Shown: positions 26,358 to 41,372 of the stretch, piece after piece
Numbering within the stretch: position 1 is the stretch's first letter
Layout: the number at the start of each line of letters is the position of its first letter
DNA from: Eledone cirrhosa
Taxonomy: Eukaryota
Length of the DNA: 64,000 bases
Direction of reading: 5' to 3'
Assembly (NCBI GenBank): GCA_964016885.1
Contig: OZ024743.1
Coordinates: 289,540,001 to 289,604,000, forward strand
Translations under genes and position numbers: made by a program
Notes under the pieces: generated by a model
Seen by the model: the letters and a program-made list of their open reading frames with translations, nothing else
What the model was told of the DNA's origin: nothing
The model's database searches: none

Positions 26358-27975
26358 TTATTAATAGACAACGGAATAGAACATGCCAAAATAGTAGACA
26401 TTCAAGAATTACGAAAAACAACTTCAGATTCATCCAATGTCTCGACACACAATCCAAGAAATACAGAGGCATACCACATTATCCCAAAAACATCCCTCTA
26501 TAGAGACAAGACCCAAGAATCAAAATAGCACTCAAAAACATCTCAGCTCTTCAGAAGACGTTCTCAATCAAAGAAAAACATTTCAAGTGACCTTTACTGG
26601 TAAAACGTTCGAAGGGGACCTCTTATCACGTGATATCTTTTCCCAGTTACCCCCTGGGCATAAGGGATGTATTGCACGATAATATTTAGCCACGCTGCAC
26701 AACTGCTTGGACAAATTGACGGAAAATGCATATGAGAAAACAGAACAACATACAGACAGGGGAAAACATGTGACTGTATTTCGATTTATACATCAAACAG
26801 TTCGTAAACATGTAAGAATACAAAGTTTTACGAGTGGAAACACAATGGAAAGTGAGGCAAATCTGATATTTGTTTTAGAGAGAATGTAGTAGCAAGGGAA
26901 TTGGTTGTCTATTATTAGTGCCCCTCATAGTATAGCTCTCTCATATTCTACTAATCAATCGACAGAGCAATCGAAATACGAAGAATTTTGATCGCCTCTG
27001 CAAGGATGATAAGGTGAAAGAAAAGTGAAAACATATACGCTATTGACTGATTGCCTACACATAAAGAGCTGATTTCCCCTTTTATGCATGTAGTTCTTAC
27101 TAAGTTCTTACATCTACCTCCCTTTGTATTGGAGAATCGCTAACTAATACCACTAACATTTTTCTTTAAATAGTTTAGATTTAGAATATTTTGAGTATAT
27201 CATTTTTTACATTCCAACTTAATTATTTATCTCACGCTATGACAGCGATCCACATGAGTTATTTCCCTTAGCTGATTATTTTTCTAAAGTGAAAACTGTC
27301 TGTTAAATTGAATCTACTTATTACAGAAAATACTTTTTTTGTGTATTCCTATAGCCAGAAGAAGCGCAATTTCCATTTTTTCTGTCATTTCTGATGGGTA
27401 GTCCATTAGTTTATGGAATAAATTAAAAAAAAAGTAACACGAACAAGAAAGTATAAAAAAGTTTAAAATCAACATGCCAATGACTGTGCTTTTCAAAATA
27501 ATAATTGTGATTGATTTAATAGATCGATACATAAATGCATGGGATAAGCAAGGGATTGATAACTTGCCAATGGTCTCAATCTCAACTTGCAACTTTTCAT
27601 TTTATTCACGTCGACACACTGATAATATATGCACGCACATTTACATTTGGTATTGTGTGTATGTATATATTTGTAGTAGCTATGTATGCGTTTGTATGTA
27701 GGTATGTATGTGTGCACACATTTATATATATGTAGTTTTGTATTAACATATATGTTTATGTATGTGCATATGTGCGCATAGTTATGTATATGGGTGTGTG
27801 TGTACACATATACATACACACGTACACAAATATATGTATATATATATATGTATGTATATGTGTGTGTATGTGCAGATATGTTTATAGGTATATGTATGTA
27901 TGTATGTATGTATATATGTATATGTATGTATGTATATATATATATATACATATATATATATTATATATATATTAT

Positions 27976-28044
<69 letters not shown>

Positions 28045-29120
28045 TATATATATATTATATAATATATATATATATAATATATATAATATATATATATGTT
28101 GCGTGTTATCCTTGGATATGAGTATGTATGTAAATGTATACACAATATTATTCAAATAAGTCTCTATTTTAATAGAAATAAATGTATGTATGTATATTGG
28201 TAACTAAATTGTTTCGTTGAAACGTGTACCAATCAAAATAACAGTTTGAAGTCTTTGAACAGCGATGTTAATATGGACCTTGAGAAAATATATCTCTTTC
28301 ATAAAAGATAAGAAAATGATAGAAGACATTTTTGATTATTCTGAAATGCCGCAAATTGGCTGTGTCGAAAGAGCGACCGACTCGCCGTATTTTGATTTGA
28401 AATCCCATTGAGGTTAACTTTTCTTCTTATCTTTATCTGTCTGTACTTGACTATTACATATTCTTTCAACATCTAAATTGCGAAACGCAAAAGCGACTTC
28501 ACTGAATCTGAACTAAGAACGTAATACGACGTACTAAATACTGCAATGAATTATGTCCGTTACGCTATCTGTTCTATCATAGACAATGAGATATAGAAAT
28601 AAGAAGCCAGTGAAGAAACCTCTACATGGTAAATCGCAATGCTAAAAATAGAAGCTAAATCACTCTGAACATATATCCTGCTGCATTGTGGAAAGAAAGA
28701 ACACATTAGATCATGTACGTCTAAATTGTTTTTGATCGTGAATTAGATTACCTAGATCTGAACTGAGCTTGCCTTGTTTCATAGTTAGTTGGCTGTTTAT
28801 CAGAAGACAAGTGCCTTATTTTATACATACAAAGAAAACTTATAGCCAACTTCTATTTGTGTTAAATACAAATCAGAAAATAACTGAAATCATAAGCTTA
28901 ATTTGCTCATTGCGCATTCGTTTGGCAATATAATTTAATAATATTTAGAAAAATCACAGTGTAGATTAGAACATCTAAGATAAATTAATTTAGGTACGAC
29001 AATAGTTTTTAAATTATAGGTAGCACTGTAGAAAATGAATGGATGTAAGCACATTTTTGTTACAAGATTCGTGCACAAAACACACACACACACATACACA
29101 CGCACACACACACGAAAACG

Positions 29121-29151
<31 letters not shown>

Positions 29152-29167
29152 CCACAAACACACACAC

Positions 29168-29198
<31 letters not shown>

Positions 29199-29339
29199 TG
29201 CAATAGTTTAGTGTCAGGGATAGTTGGCACTTTATAATGAGACAAGTAAAATTTAATTATTTCCTCATGGCATATCGATTAGAAATCACATGTCTATGTA
29301 ATGGAAGGGCATGAAAGAAAAAAGAAAGAGAACAAGAAA

Positions 29340-29401
<62 letters not shown>

Positions 29402-29639
29402 GTATGTATACACATACACACACACACACATAAATATATATATAATATATATGTATATATATACATATATATATACATATATATATATACATATGTATGT
29501 GTGCGTGCGCGCGTGTGTATGTATGTATGTGTGTGTGTGTGTGTAATCATTATGAAAAAGTTGGATTTACATAGTTGATTAGTGTTTTATGTGAAACCAA
29601 CGTTAATATATATCATCAGCAACTGTTTCCGAAAATAGG

Positions 29640-30110
29640 AATCGTAATGCACAAAAACAATTCAATACAAGAAAAAAAAGCAACACTCATGAATATCATG
29701 TATATAACAAAAATACAAATAATTTAGTAGAGTAAATTATATGGAAATATAGAAAGAAATTGATCACAATGAATACAACAGCTACAATACCAACTAAAAG
29801 CAAAACCAAACATGGACCAAATGCCCATTAACTGCAGACTAGATGAATATATAAAAATACTCACCAAACACAATACAAATAGAATTAGTATTACTACATT
29901 CCATGCACTGTGCATTAAGCAGCTAATAAGAAACGGAAATAAATTATGTATTATAAAACACTAAAATTAAAAACCTTACTAACAGTATCAGGCTACAAAC
30001 CTATAATCCACAGAATGAATATCACATGCGTAATTTTATTTGAAAAATCATTCCAATGCAAACATGATTATAATGAATCTAAATATACCACACATGTCCC
30101 TAATCAACTA
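29640..30110 (+). pseudogene. Possible very decayed PLE GIY-YIG region
   Basis: A-rich strand. Scattered frameshifted peptides IDHN, KCPL/NCRL, GYKP...C...FEK and TCP appear in the order expected for PLE endonucleases; weak. Confidence 0.2.
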
Positions 30111-30849
30111 TGCCCCTAGGATAGAGGGCCATTGTATTACAATATAGCATATCATTGGCCTGTGGATGTATCATGAGATCTCGGATCTACATCTGGAAAG
30201 TTTTCCTTCAATGTGCATTTCAGGCAAAAAATTGAGGAAAACGTGGTGTTACTAATATATAGAAGTCATTTCTGTCCACGATATTATTGCAAAGGGATAT
30301 ACAGTTTACCACGAATACCATCAATGGCGAATTTAAAACTCAATGCATCACGTTCGAGGCAACATTTGTAAAAGTCCACCGCTCTGGATTGATACTTTCA
30401 TTATCCATTCCAAAACAATGAGAGGTATAGTTAATATCACCGGAATTTGAATTTAGAGAGAGAGAGAGAGAGAGTCAGAACAAATATGTTGAGGCAATTA
30501 ATTCGGCACCCTGGTGGCAAAACAAAACTGGATTGAAAACAAAATCATTAATTAATTATAAAAATTATTTCACACAGAAGACAACAACGAATTAAATGTC
30601 TTGTTAATTGGGGAATAATATACTTTTAATTTTCATTTATTAACTGTGAACAGATATCTCTTTCTCGTCTTCCATACCTTTGTTTTCTCTGGACATGAAT
30701 GTATTATCAATGTACGAAAATCCCGCCGCAGTTAGCTTTGTCTTTCATTCTTACAGTGTCGATAAAATAAAGTACCAGTAATGCATTGGGCTCGATTTAC
30801 TCAAGTTTCCCTTTCCGCGTTGTGTCTAAATCAGAAACCGTTATTAATG

Positions 30850-31049
30850 TACGAAGGTCGGATGAGAAGTTCATAGGCTGACTATGAAGGAGCGATGCTA
30901 GGACTGTGAAATCTTGCATGCATTAAATCAAGTCTTCTTATTAAAAGCTGCATTATTTCTTTCCGAGGACTATGTTGATAAATAAACGTCATTTGGTCAT
31001 TCCATGAGAATAACTTGGTCAGCCAATGAACTTTTAAGCCGACCTTCAA
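30850..31049. mobile_element. Tc1/mariner-type MITE
   Basis: ~30-bp TIRs (ta-cgaaggtcggatgagaagttcataggctgac / gtcagccaatgaacttttaagccgaccttc); second copy at 40669-40841. Confidence 0.8.
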
Positions 31050-32504
31050 TGGACACATTTCAATGTATTTCAAACTAATATAAATACTGAGTTATCTTTC
31101 ATTGTTTGTATAAACAACTATGATTTATTAAACATACACACGTGGTATCGAGTGGTGAAGATGTTCGCTTCTAATCACAGTCCTGCCCTACATCGTGGGC
31201 ATGTATCGTTTACCATTTCACTAGGTCGAGACAAGCCATATGAGTGAAATTATGTAAACGGACATTGACTGCTATGGCCATTGAAAGGTACAACCTTTTC
31301 ACACTGTCCACGCTGACATCACTAGTGAATCCCCTTCCCGTGGAATATTCAGCTAAATCGCAGGCTAATTCAATGAATAGCCTGTTCAGTTGATCGATCA
31401 ACTAGATGTTCTTACGTTGTCCACAGAGGGAGTGTCTACATTATATATGTTTGGTTATGTTTGTATGTATGTATGTATTTTTTGTATGTATGTATGTGTG
31501 TATGTATGTATGCATGTATGCATGTATGTATATATGTATGTATGTATGTATGTATATATGCATGTATGTATGTATGCACATATGAGTATGTTTTTTCTGA
31601 GTAGAACCTATGTCTTTTTTATATTTCAAGCTGCTTTACACTTCATCCTCCCCGCCTCTCTCGCCCTCTCACAACTTCCTGTATAATCAAATATTTATGT
31701 GCACACGTGTGTGATAATTTGCCATATTTACTTTCCAATTCTCATTCCATATCTATTACCGCATCACTATTTCATTATAAATACCTTTGTATTCGTATGG
31801 TCTGAATGTGTTTGTTTGGTTTACCGTTTTATATATGTATTCATTCATTAATATATTTCTTGATTTTTTTCCCCTGTAGTTTTTCATTATTTAATTCCAT
31901 ATACATTTGAGTTTATTTATAGTGTGTCTTTTTTTTCATTGTTTTATCTTTTATCTCACTACCATAATAGTCAATTCCGTGTGTGATTTGATAAGGGCTG
32001 AAGCAATTTGATGGTCTGGAATTGTGTAGTTTATTGTCTACAGATGACTAGATTTAAGTATGCATGCATCGTTAGAAATACAAGAAATAATGATAAACAT
32101 GAAATAAAGTGTGCGCGTGAGAACGAGAAAGAGAGGGCGAGTGAGAGAGAGAGAGAGTGAGAGAGAGATAGATAGATAGAGAAAGAGGGGATGATTGGGA
32201 ACATTTTGGCAACAATTTTGATGAACGTATATCGGTGGCATTTCGAATGCCACCGCTGCTGTGTGACCTGATGCTAATATTATGACATTAAAGGAGGCGG
32301 AGCAGAATCGATAAAGCATTGGATGAAATGCTTTGCAGTATTTCTTCCTGTTCTTTATGTTCTGCTGTCAAATTCCACTGAGGTAAACTTTGCTCTACAT
32401 CATTTCGAGGCCGATATAATAATGTAGCAGTCAAGAAATCGGTTCGAATTAATCCACTTATACCTATCCTGATTTATCTAACCTCCTCCTCGTCCTCCTC
32501 GTCC

Positions 32505-32800
32505 TTCTTCTTCTTCTTCCTCCTCGTTCTTCTTCTTCTTCTTCTTCTTCTTCTTCTTCTTCTTCTTCTTCTTCTTCTTCTTCTTCTTCTTCATCCTGGG
32601 AGAGTCCTGAAACACTCCGTCCAGCGGATCCTGTGAGAAACAACCGTCTGCAACTGACCCTTCTGGATCTCCAAGCGAGTTCAGTGAAACTCGTGGATGT
32701 TTACTCGGGGTCTTCCCCTGGGTCTCCTGCCGGTTGGTTTTGCTCATAAAATCTGTCCAGGGATTCTTTCCTGAGACATTCTAACCACATGTCCATAGTA
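32505..32800 (-). mobile_element. 5'-truncated RTE LINE 3' end with (GAA)n tail
   Basis: The reverse complement aligns with 55398-55685 (YGHVVRMSQERIP..., RRPRGRP). Confidence 0.85.
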
Positions 32801-35022
32801 TTAAAAATAAATATAAGTTACGACATTGTAATATTGATAGTGTTGGAGGTTTAGTGAGGCTATTGATGTTGTAGGTATTGCATTCTGAGATCAAATCTTG
32901 CCGAAGTCAACTTTTCATTTCAATTTTTTACGATTAATTAAGTACTAATCAAATAATGGGGTCGATGTCTGGCCTACTGGCTAAATTAGAAATTATCATT
33001 ATTAATCATTAGGTAGCGAATGCCTCGCTATTTGTTCCGGCTTACTGTGCTCTGAGTTCAAATCACGCCGATGTCATCTTTACCTTTCATCCATTCGGGA
33101 TCAACAAATAGAGTATTTATACAGAGGTAGTTTGTTACTTAGTCTGAGAGGATACCTCATTGTATCTGACTCAGCTCGTTGCTTTCTCAATTCAAAACCT
33201 ATCCAACTCAGCAAGAAGTTGCTATCTGCTGATATTAATGAGGGAAAATTTTATGGAAACATTGTTTCCGTGATTCGGTTCTTTTTATTGTATGGTAGAT
33301 CACAGAAATCATAGAGAGAAAGAAAAGCAAATCACTTAAATTCTCTGTTCAGTTTCTACTGAGTTTGAATATATATTTTATCCAATTGGATATAAAAAAA
33401 TAGGTATGACTTAGATAAAGCCCTCCTCTAAACCTTCTGACCTCACACCAATTTAAGAATTTATTTTTAGACAATGATTTCCCTTTGATATTATCAAGTG
33501 ATTCATATATTAATATTTATTGATAAAACTAACAGATTCCCACATAATTTTTAATGAATTTTTAATGAATTCTTAATGAAATATTTATTTGTTTTTAATT
33601 TTTAATCATCATGGGAAGGGTAATGCTAAAAGACCTTTCAAATCCTCAAGTCAAGCGGGAAAAGCAGAGAAGACTCAGCTAAAAGTAGAAAAGTGACAAG
33701 TGGTGATGTTAAAACGAAAGACGGATATATGTCTACCGCCCAGCTAATGTTAAATTAGTACAAAAGGATGGAACGAATATCTCAAGGCATTTCGTCTAAC
33801 CCATTAACAATCCTGCCAATCCACTATCTTAGAATATTACTTTATTTTATCCTCATCGGAAGGATGGGCCTTTGAATTTCAGGCAAAATACCAACAGGGA
33901 AAGGAAGAAAGACGAAGAAAAGAGAAAAGAGAGAGTGGAAATGAAAAGAAGAAGAGATTAGTATTGGTCTTGTACTTTATTGGCTTCGAAAGAATGAAAG
34001 GCCAAGTGAAGCTCGGTGTGAAATGAACTCATAACGCCGAGAGCCAGAACAAGTCATTTTATACGCTCTAACGGCTTGACAATCTAATCGCGTACATGCA
34101 TTAAATAAATAAAGTTACATTTGATAATGTGTCTTAAATAAGCAACCACACAGTGGATAATATAGTTATCGATACGCATCTCCACCACTACAATAAGTAG
34201 ATAAATAAATAAAATAAAAAGAAAACAACATAAATTCGTGACCTGGCCAGTCAAGAATGGAACGCTTTTGACAATATATTTGATCTGTTCGATCAATGTT
34301 GACCGGGCACCGCTAAATAAAGATAACAACAATAGCAAGAACGTTACTAAGACAGATTTAATGAACAATGGTGTCCTGTTTAGACAGCGTTAACTGTGTT
34401 TCTATAAATTTTCTATTTCTTTCCTTAGGAAGAAAATTACAGCAAATTCAACATTAGAAGTTCTATTTATTGTCTCTCGGACTTTAAATACAGTTCAATG
34501 CCTGGTTAAATCCACTCTGTCAACTAACGGTCACATTTTACTATCGCCATTACCGTATATTTCAATATAAATGCATTGGCTTGTGTCAGAGGGATATTTC
34601 GTTATATAAGACAACATGGAGGATGAATGAATATTAGCGGCATTGTCAGGCGTGAGAGACACTGGAAGACAAAGCGTGTAATATATATATACACATATGT
34701 ATATATATACATATACACATATGTGTGTGTGTGCTTGTGTGTGTAGTGGTTGTTGGGTATCTATGTGTTTACTGCTATGCTATCAGTTGGCGAGAAACGA
34801 AGAAAATTATTACAAAAACCGCTAGATATTAGAAAGATACTAAAGGATAAGTTAATGAGCGGACACGTAGAAACAAACTACTTGTTAGTCAATGCATATG
34901 TGTTAGGTTAAGAAAGAAAATTGGGAGAGGTCTGAGTTTGATTGGCTAAAGAAACAGAGATAGCTGAAGAGAGAGTAAGATAACGAGTATAGGAACGGGG
35001 AGTATGTACACACACACACTCA

Positions 35023-35075
<53 letters not shown>

Positions 35076-35207
35076 TTGTGTGTGTGTCTGTGTCTGTGTG
35101 CATATTCATGAAAACTTGACGGAAGTCGACTCAGTAATGAGTATAACCATTGTTTGTTAATGAGCTGTAAAGCAAAGTTGACTTTTTAGCCCAGTTGATG
35201 ATTTGCT

Positions 35208-35280
<73 letters not shown>

Positions 35281-35360
35281 GTGTGTGTGTGTGTGTGTGT
35301 GTATAGCGTGTGATGGGTGAATTCGTCATACGTTTCGCTGTCTATTTCTCTGAGCGTCTC

Positions 35361-35430
<70 letters not shown>

Positions 35431-35746
35431 TACACACATATATATATAAACATACGCATTTAACATGTACATGCAAGTTTATAACTTGGAGGCTGTATTT
35501 GATTATGAAAGTAGATAGAGAGAGAGAGAAACAGAAATATATATATATATAGAGAGAGAGTGTGTGAATGAAAAAGAGCAATATAATAGCATGAAGAGAA
35601 AGAAACATGTCTCTGCATACATACGCGTATTGACATTTATGTATATATATATATATATAATATATATATAGAGAGAGATATGTATGACTATGCAGATATT
35701 CATACACAAATACAGACATATTTGTACTTTTACATAGCTATGAGTT

Positions 35747-35786
<40 letters not shown>

Positions 35787-36003
35787 ATAGAATATATATA
35801 ATATGTATGTAAGTGTGCTTGCATGCATGTATGTGTATGTATAACACAGGAGAAATAAATGTTGGCTGAAGATTCAAGGAAATTGTAGAAGTAAATAGAA
35901 AGCACGAAAGCTTGAGACAATGGAAGAGTAGATAGATAAATGGTACACAAACCACACACACATACACACACACATATATATATATATATGTATACATATA
36001 TAC

Positions 36004-36071
<68 letters not shown>

Positions 36072-37275
36072 AGAGAGAGAGAGAGTGTGTGTGAGAGAGA
36101 AAGACAGTGTGGATTCTAACTTTTGTGAGTGTTCATTAATGTCTTTCTTCAAAGCTAATTGAACTTCTCAAGACAGTAGCTGCACTCATGTGGAATCTTC
36201 GATTAATTACATGCATCGTTGAAAGGAATATAAAGGGATAGAAGAATAAAAGAGTAAATCACTAACAATAGCAGTATCAATATTGCAACAATGCAAAACA
36301 GAATGGCCGTTGTTTGTTTAAATAAATCATTAGATTGACTGAGACGGTGTGTACGGGTAATGGTTATATTGATGCTGTTGTTGGTGAAATATATCTCGTG
36401 GAAATCAGCTGGGCGAAATCAGTCCCTCTCTTGAACTGAATACTGTAAGATAATGAAACGAATCAATTTTCTAGTACTGTCTCTATATAAAGTCGTCATT
36501 TGTTTCCACCCTGCGAACTCTATTTATATCTTAGTGAACTGAGTGTAGTTATTGAAAGATCTGTTGAGACTGATCGAGCAGACGTAGGGTTAGTGATATT
36601 CCAGCAAAAAAAAAAAAAAAAAATAGTAATATGTGATCACATCTCATAATGTATTATTTTCTGTTTCACACTGTGGTATGGGATTTGGTGGTGGGGGAGG
36701 GGGGGGGGGATTCGGTTGCTATTTCTAAGTGGTAGATCGACAATATGGAGAATACCTTTTGGTTTGTGAAGACAGTTCATATAGAGCACAGGCAAATCAG
36801 AAGTTCAATTAATAAGTTTCCTTTTAAATTCTAGATATTTGTTAATACACTTCAATCTCAAGCACATTCAAAATAATAAGTTTGTAGACTTAACCATGGG
36901 TTATAAACATAATCTATCATCTAGATGATCACTACCATATGGCACTTGGGTGGCTTTACTATCTTTCCTCCAAACAAGCTACTGAAATGAGTCATGGGCT
37001 CTACATTATCCCCCCTGACTAAACAGTAAAATATATTGTGTCTTGTTGAACACATGTTGTTTAAATACTTTTCCTGCAAACATGCACACAGACTTCTCAC
37101 GTTCCACCATATGTATCATAATTATTCATAATATAAGCCGAAGAATTATACGTATATGTCTTGTGAGCAGGTGTGAAATTCTATGTAGCTATGAAATACT
37201 TGCATTTACCCCCTCCCAACCTCCACACACACTTTTTCTCTATCACACACAAGTACGTACACACACACACACACA

Positions 37276-37338
<63 letters not shown>

Positions 37339-37548
37339 CAAGAATGAAATGTATTGGAAGCTGAACTTTTACACATCGTTACACCGTATGAAATATAGAA
37401 CATAAATTTTCGTATATAAGGAACACTATCTGAATATCATAGCTGGCTGGTTGACGTATAATATCAAAGGATATTAATGGTTAACACTGTATCTTAGAAT
37501 TTAGCGATTTAAAATAGGGATGTTACATACAAATTAACAGGGTAAATA

Positions 37549-37575
<27 letters not shown>

Positions 37576-37583
<8 letters not shown>

Positions 37584-37800
37584 TAAAATAACAGATTAAA
37601 GTTTAAGAAAAGAATCGCTGCTTTCACCCTTAACGGCGTCTTCTGAAAATCCCGTTAAGGGTGAAAGCAGCGATTCTTTGCTTAAACTTTAATCTGTTAT
37701 TTTAATAAATATTTGCTCTACAGTTCTTATATATTTGATATATTTGATATCCTTATCGAGCCCTCTTTGGATTTTAGTCTTCAAATTTATTTTTATTATT
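37576..37800. mobile_element. Fold-back element, family E copy 1
   Basis: Arms 37576-37636 and 37652-37712 complementary with 1 mismatch; ~85-bp tail; (TA)n flanks; relative at 62183-62362. Confidence 0.78.
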
Positions 37801-38224
37801 ATCATTATTATTATTATATATATATATATATATATATATGTATTTGCATATGAAGAAAGTCTGTATATATTTGAAGATATGAGGTAAACTACCATTTTCT
37901 TAATTAGACGTCTTGCCGCGAAAAGAATGAACTATGAAGTAAAAACATTTAAAACTATTCCTCTGTGCACAGAAAAAGCATAATGTTCTTATGCCCACAC
38001 TTCCACGATTCTTGTCGCATCACCTGAGTGTTCTAGCAACACTATGTAGTCCCAACAACGCCACATTGAAGCTTTAGTTATTTTTTAATGTCTTTCTATA
38101 TGTTTATGCCTTTCAGTATAATATGTTTGAAGTGATGAAAGTATGAATATTTCCATCTGCAAATGTCTATATGTAGGTCTTTGAAAGTGTGTCTTATGTG
38201 TACGCATGCGCGTAGGGGCGCATG

Positions 38225-38301
<77 letters not shown>

Positions 38302-38465
38302 GCTCATGTGACTTGCCATTTTTATTTCCTTCAAGCGAAACTGTGCACATATTCACGCATTGTGTCAGATATATTTTCGTTTCTATAGCAACTGCATTTC
38401 CAACTAATTAGTAACGTCGTTTACAGAACAGAGAATGATGCACATGAAGAAGAATATGAAGTAAA

Positions 38466-38705
38466 AGATGATGATGAAGATGATGATGATGATGATGATA
38501 ATGATGGTGATAATGCTGATAATTATGGTGATGATGATGATGATGATGATGATGATAAAGATGATGATGATCATGGTGCTGATGTTGATGATGATGTTGA
38601 TATTGGTGATAATGATGGTGATGATGATGATGATGATGTTGATGATGTTGATGTTGATGATGATGTTGATGATGTTAAAGATGAAGTTAGCGATGATGAT
38701 GAATG
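38466..38705. repeat. Degenerate (GAT)n trinucleotide repeat
   Basis: Source of the spurious poly-Met and poly-Ile ORFs. Confidence 0.93.
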
Positions 38706-38997
38706 GGAAAAGAAAGAAGAATACGAAGGAGGGGCTGATGAACGCCGGTATGAGAAGGGTGATTAAGATGAAGTCGATGAGGATGAAGAATAACAGTAAG
38801 ATAAAGATAAAGTTGTGCTTTTGATCATAACAGTTCGAATAATAGACAGACACAACATGAATAGAACGGCCCGTAGTGTTGTACTTAGAAACGGCCCGTA
38901 GTGTTGTACTTCATAACGCGAAGACTGCAGAAATATACCCGAAGAATCACTAGAGAAATATCTGTTAGTTATCCAGGCTGGAAAAAAATCGGCCTGT

Positions 38998-40294
38998 TAT
39001 ACATATAGTGATGTATCCATTATACATATAGTAATGTATCCATTATGCATATAGTAATGTATCCATTATACATATAGTAATGTATCCATTTACATATAGT
39101 AATGTATCCATTTACATATAGTAATGTATCCATTATACATATAGTAATGTATCCATTTACATATAGTAATGTATCCATTATACATATAGTAATGTATCCA
39201 TTTACATATAGTAATGTATCCATTATACATATAGTAATGTATCCATTATACATATAGTAATGTATCCATTTACATATAGTAATGTATCCATTTACATACA
39301 GTAATGTATCCATTTACATATAGTAATGTATCCATTTACATATAGTAATGTATCCATTTACATATAGTAATGTATCCATTATACATATAGTAATGTATCC
39401 ATTATACATATAGTAATGTATCCATTATACATATAGTAATGTATCCATTATACATATAGTAATGTATCCATTATACATATAGTAATGTATCCATTTACAT
39501 ATAGTAATGTATCCATTATACATATAGTAATGTATCCATTTACATATAGTGATGTATCCATTTACATATAGTAATGTATCCATTATACATATAGTAATGT
39601 ATCCATTATACATATAGTAAGGTATCCATTTACATATAGTAATGTATCCATTTACATATAGTGATGTATCCATTTACATATAGTAATGTATCCATTTACA
39701 TATAGTGATGTATCCATTCACATATAGTAATGTATCCATTTACATATAGTAATGTATCCATTTACATATAGTAATGTATCCATTTACATATAGTAATGTA
39801 TCCATTTACATATCCATTATACATATAGTAATGTATCAATTTACATATAGCAATGTATCCATTATACATATAGTAATGTAGCCATTATACATATAGCAAT
39901 GTATCCATTATACATATAGTAATGTATCCATTTACATATAGTAATGTATCCATTTACATATAGTAATGTATCCATTTACATATAGTAATGTATCCATTTA
40001 CATATAGTAATGTATCCATTATACATATAGTAATGTATCCATTATACATATAGCAATGTTTCGATTATACATATAGTAATGTATCCATTTACATATAGTA
40101 ATGTATCCATTTACATATAGCAATGTATCCATTTACATATAGTAATGTATCCATTTACATATAGTAACGTATCCATTTACATATAGTAATGTATCCATTT
40201 ACATATAGTAATGTATTCATTTACATATAGTAATATATCCATTTACATATAGTAATGTATCCATTATACATATAGTAATGTATCCATTTACATA
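38998..40294. repeat. Minisatellite with 22/23-bp unit catatagtaatgtatccatt(a)ta, roughly 58 copies
   Basis: Head-to-tail units with no spacers; two length variants interspersed. Confidence 0.97.
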
Positions 40295-40668
40295 CCATCA
40301 ACAATAACAACCAAGGCATCGATAGAAGCCGCCAGAGATGCTACTACAGAATTGTTCAGTTCTCTAGAAATAGGAGCCGCATCTCCCACAAATCAAATTA
40401 TATAGAATAATGAAGAGCATACTAGATAAATTAGATCTAGATATGGTATGCCTAAAAATGTAGACGCAAGCATGACTTGGACATCATGAGTACCCAGGCT
40501 CGATCAAACTGTGTGGAATCCTGAGCAAGATGCTTTGCAATAACCTCGGATTTATCCAAACCTTCTGAGTGAAATTGGCTGAGGAAACTGAGCAGAAACC
40601 CGCCGGGTTAATTATATCTCTAATTTTGTCCTGCTGATTCTTCCTCAGAATTAAGTTAGGAGTCCTCG

Positions 40669-40841
40669 TACGAAGGTTGGCTGAAAAGTTCTTAGGCTGA
40701 CTATGAAGGAGCGATGCTATAATTGTGAAATCCTGCATGTGCTTGGTTACTTTCTAGAGACTATGCTGAAAAATAAACTTCATTTGGTCATTCCATGTGA
40801 GTATCTTAGACAGCCTATGATGTTTTCAGTCGACACACGTA
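40669..40841. mobile_element. Tc1/mariner-type MITE, second copy (internally deleted)
   Basis: Homologous to 30850-31049; TA at both ends. Confidence 0.8.
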
Positions 40842-41186
40842 TATGTGAAATACACTTACTCGTGTGCTAGATATTCTGTTTATAGAACGACTAAATGCAC
40901 ATCATCAAAACAGACAGAGGATCCATTATCGTTCAATCAGTGTTGACATGTGATTTAAACAACAATAATTACAGTGATAGCATGTTACCAATGACAATGA
41001 TGATATTGTTGGTTAGTATTTATAAGTATTTATAAGTATTTATAAGTATTTATAAGTACCCGGCAGCTAATGTTAATAAAGACTGGTGGTTAAGAGGAGG
41101 ATAAGGATGGTGTCGTAAATGGACACACTAAATGCTGAACATCATTTTGTTAAAAGGCGCTACCAATTATACCACTTCATCACCAT

Positions 41187-41372
41187 AATATTGTTTCTAC
41201 TTTTGGAACAAGGCCAGCAATTACCCCATTCTATTACTGGTGCTTTATTTTATCGACCCCGCAAGGATGAAAAGCAAAGTTGACCTCGGTGGGATTTGAA
41301 CTCAGAACGTAAAGGGCAATAATTCTATGCCGTAAAGCATATTGTCTGACGCTCTGCCGATAATGCCAACTT
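41187..41372 (-). mobile_element. SINE family 1
   Basis: Reverse complement of the family consensus. Confidence 0.88.

Noticed and set aside
34084-34368. ORF with a signal-peptide-like N-terminus
   Set aside because: The hydrophobicity comes from T-rich low-complexity sequence; no recognisable mature domain.
38404-38853. Met-rich ORF (reflectin-like at a glance) and its Ile-rich antisense ORF
   Set aside because: Pure (GAT)n degeneracy; lacks the reflectin M/FD(X)5MD motif and the Tyr/Arg/Pro content.
38998-40294. Regular short repeats resembling a CRISPR array
   Set aside because: No unique spacers, no cas genes, eukaryotic context.
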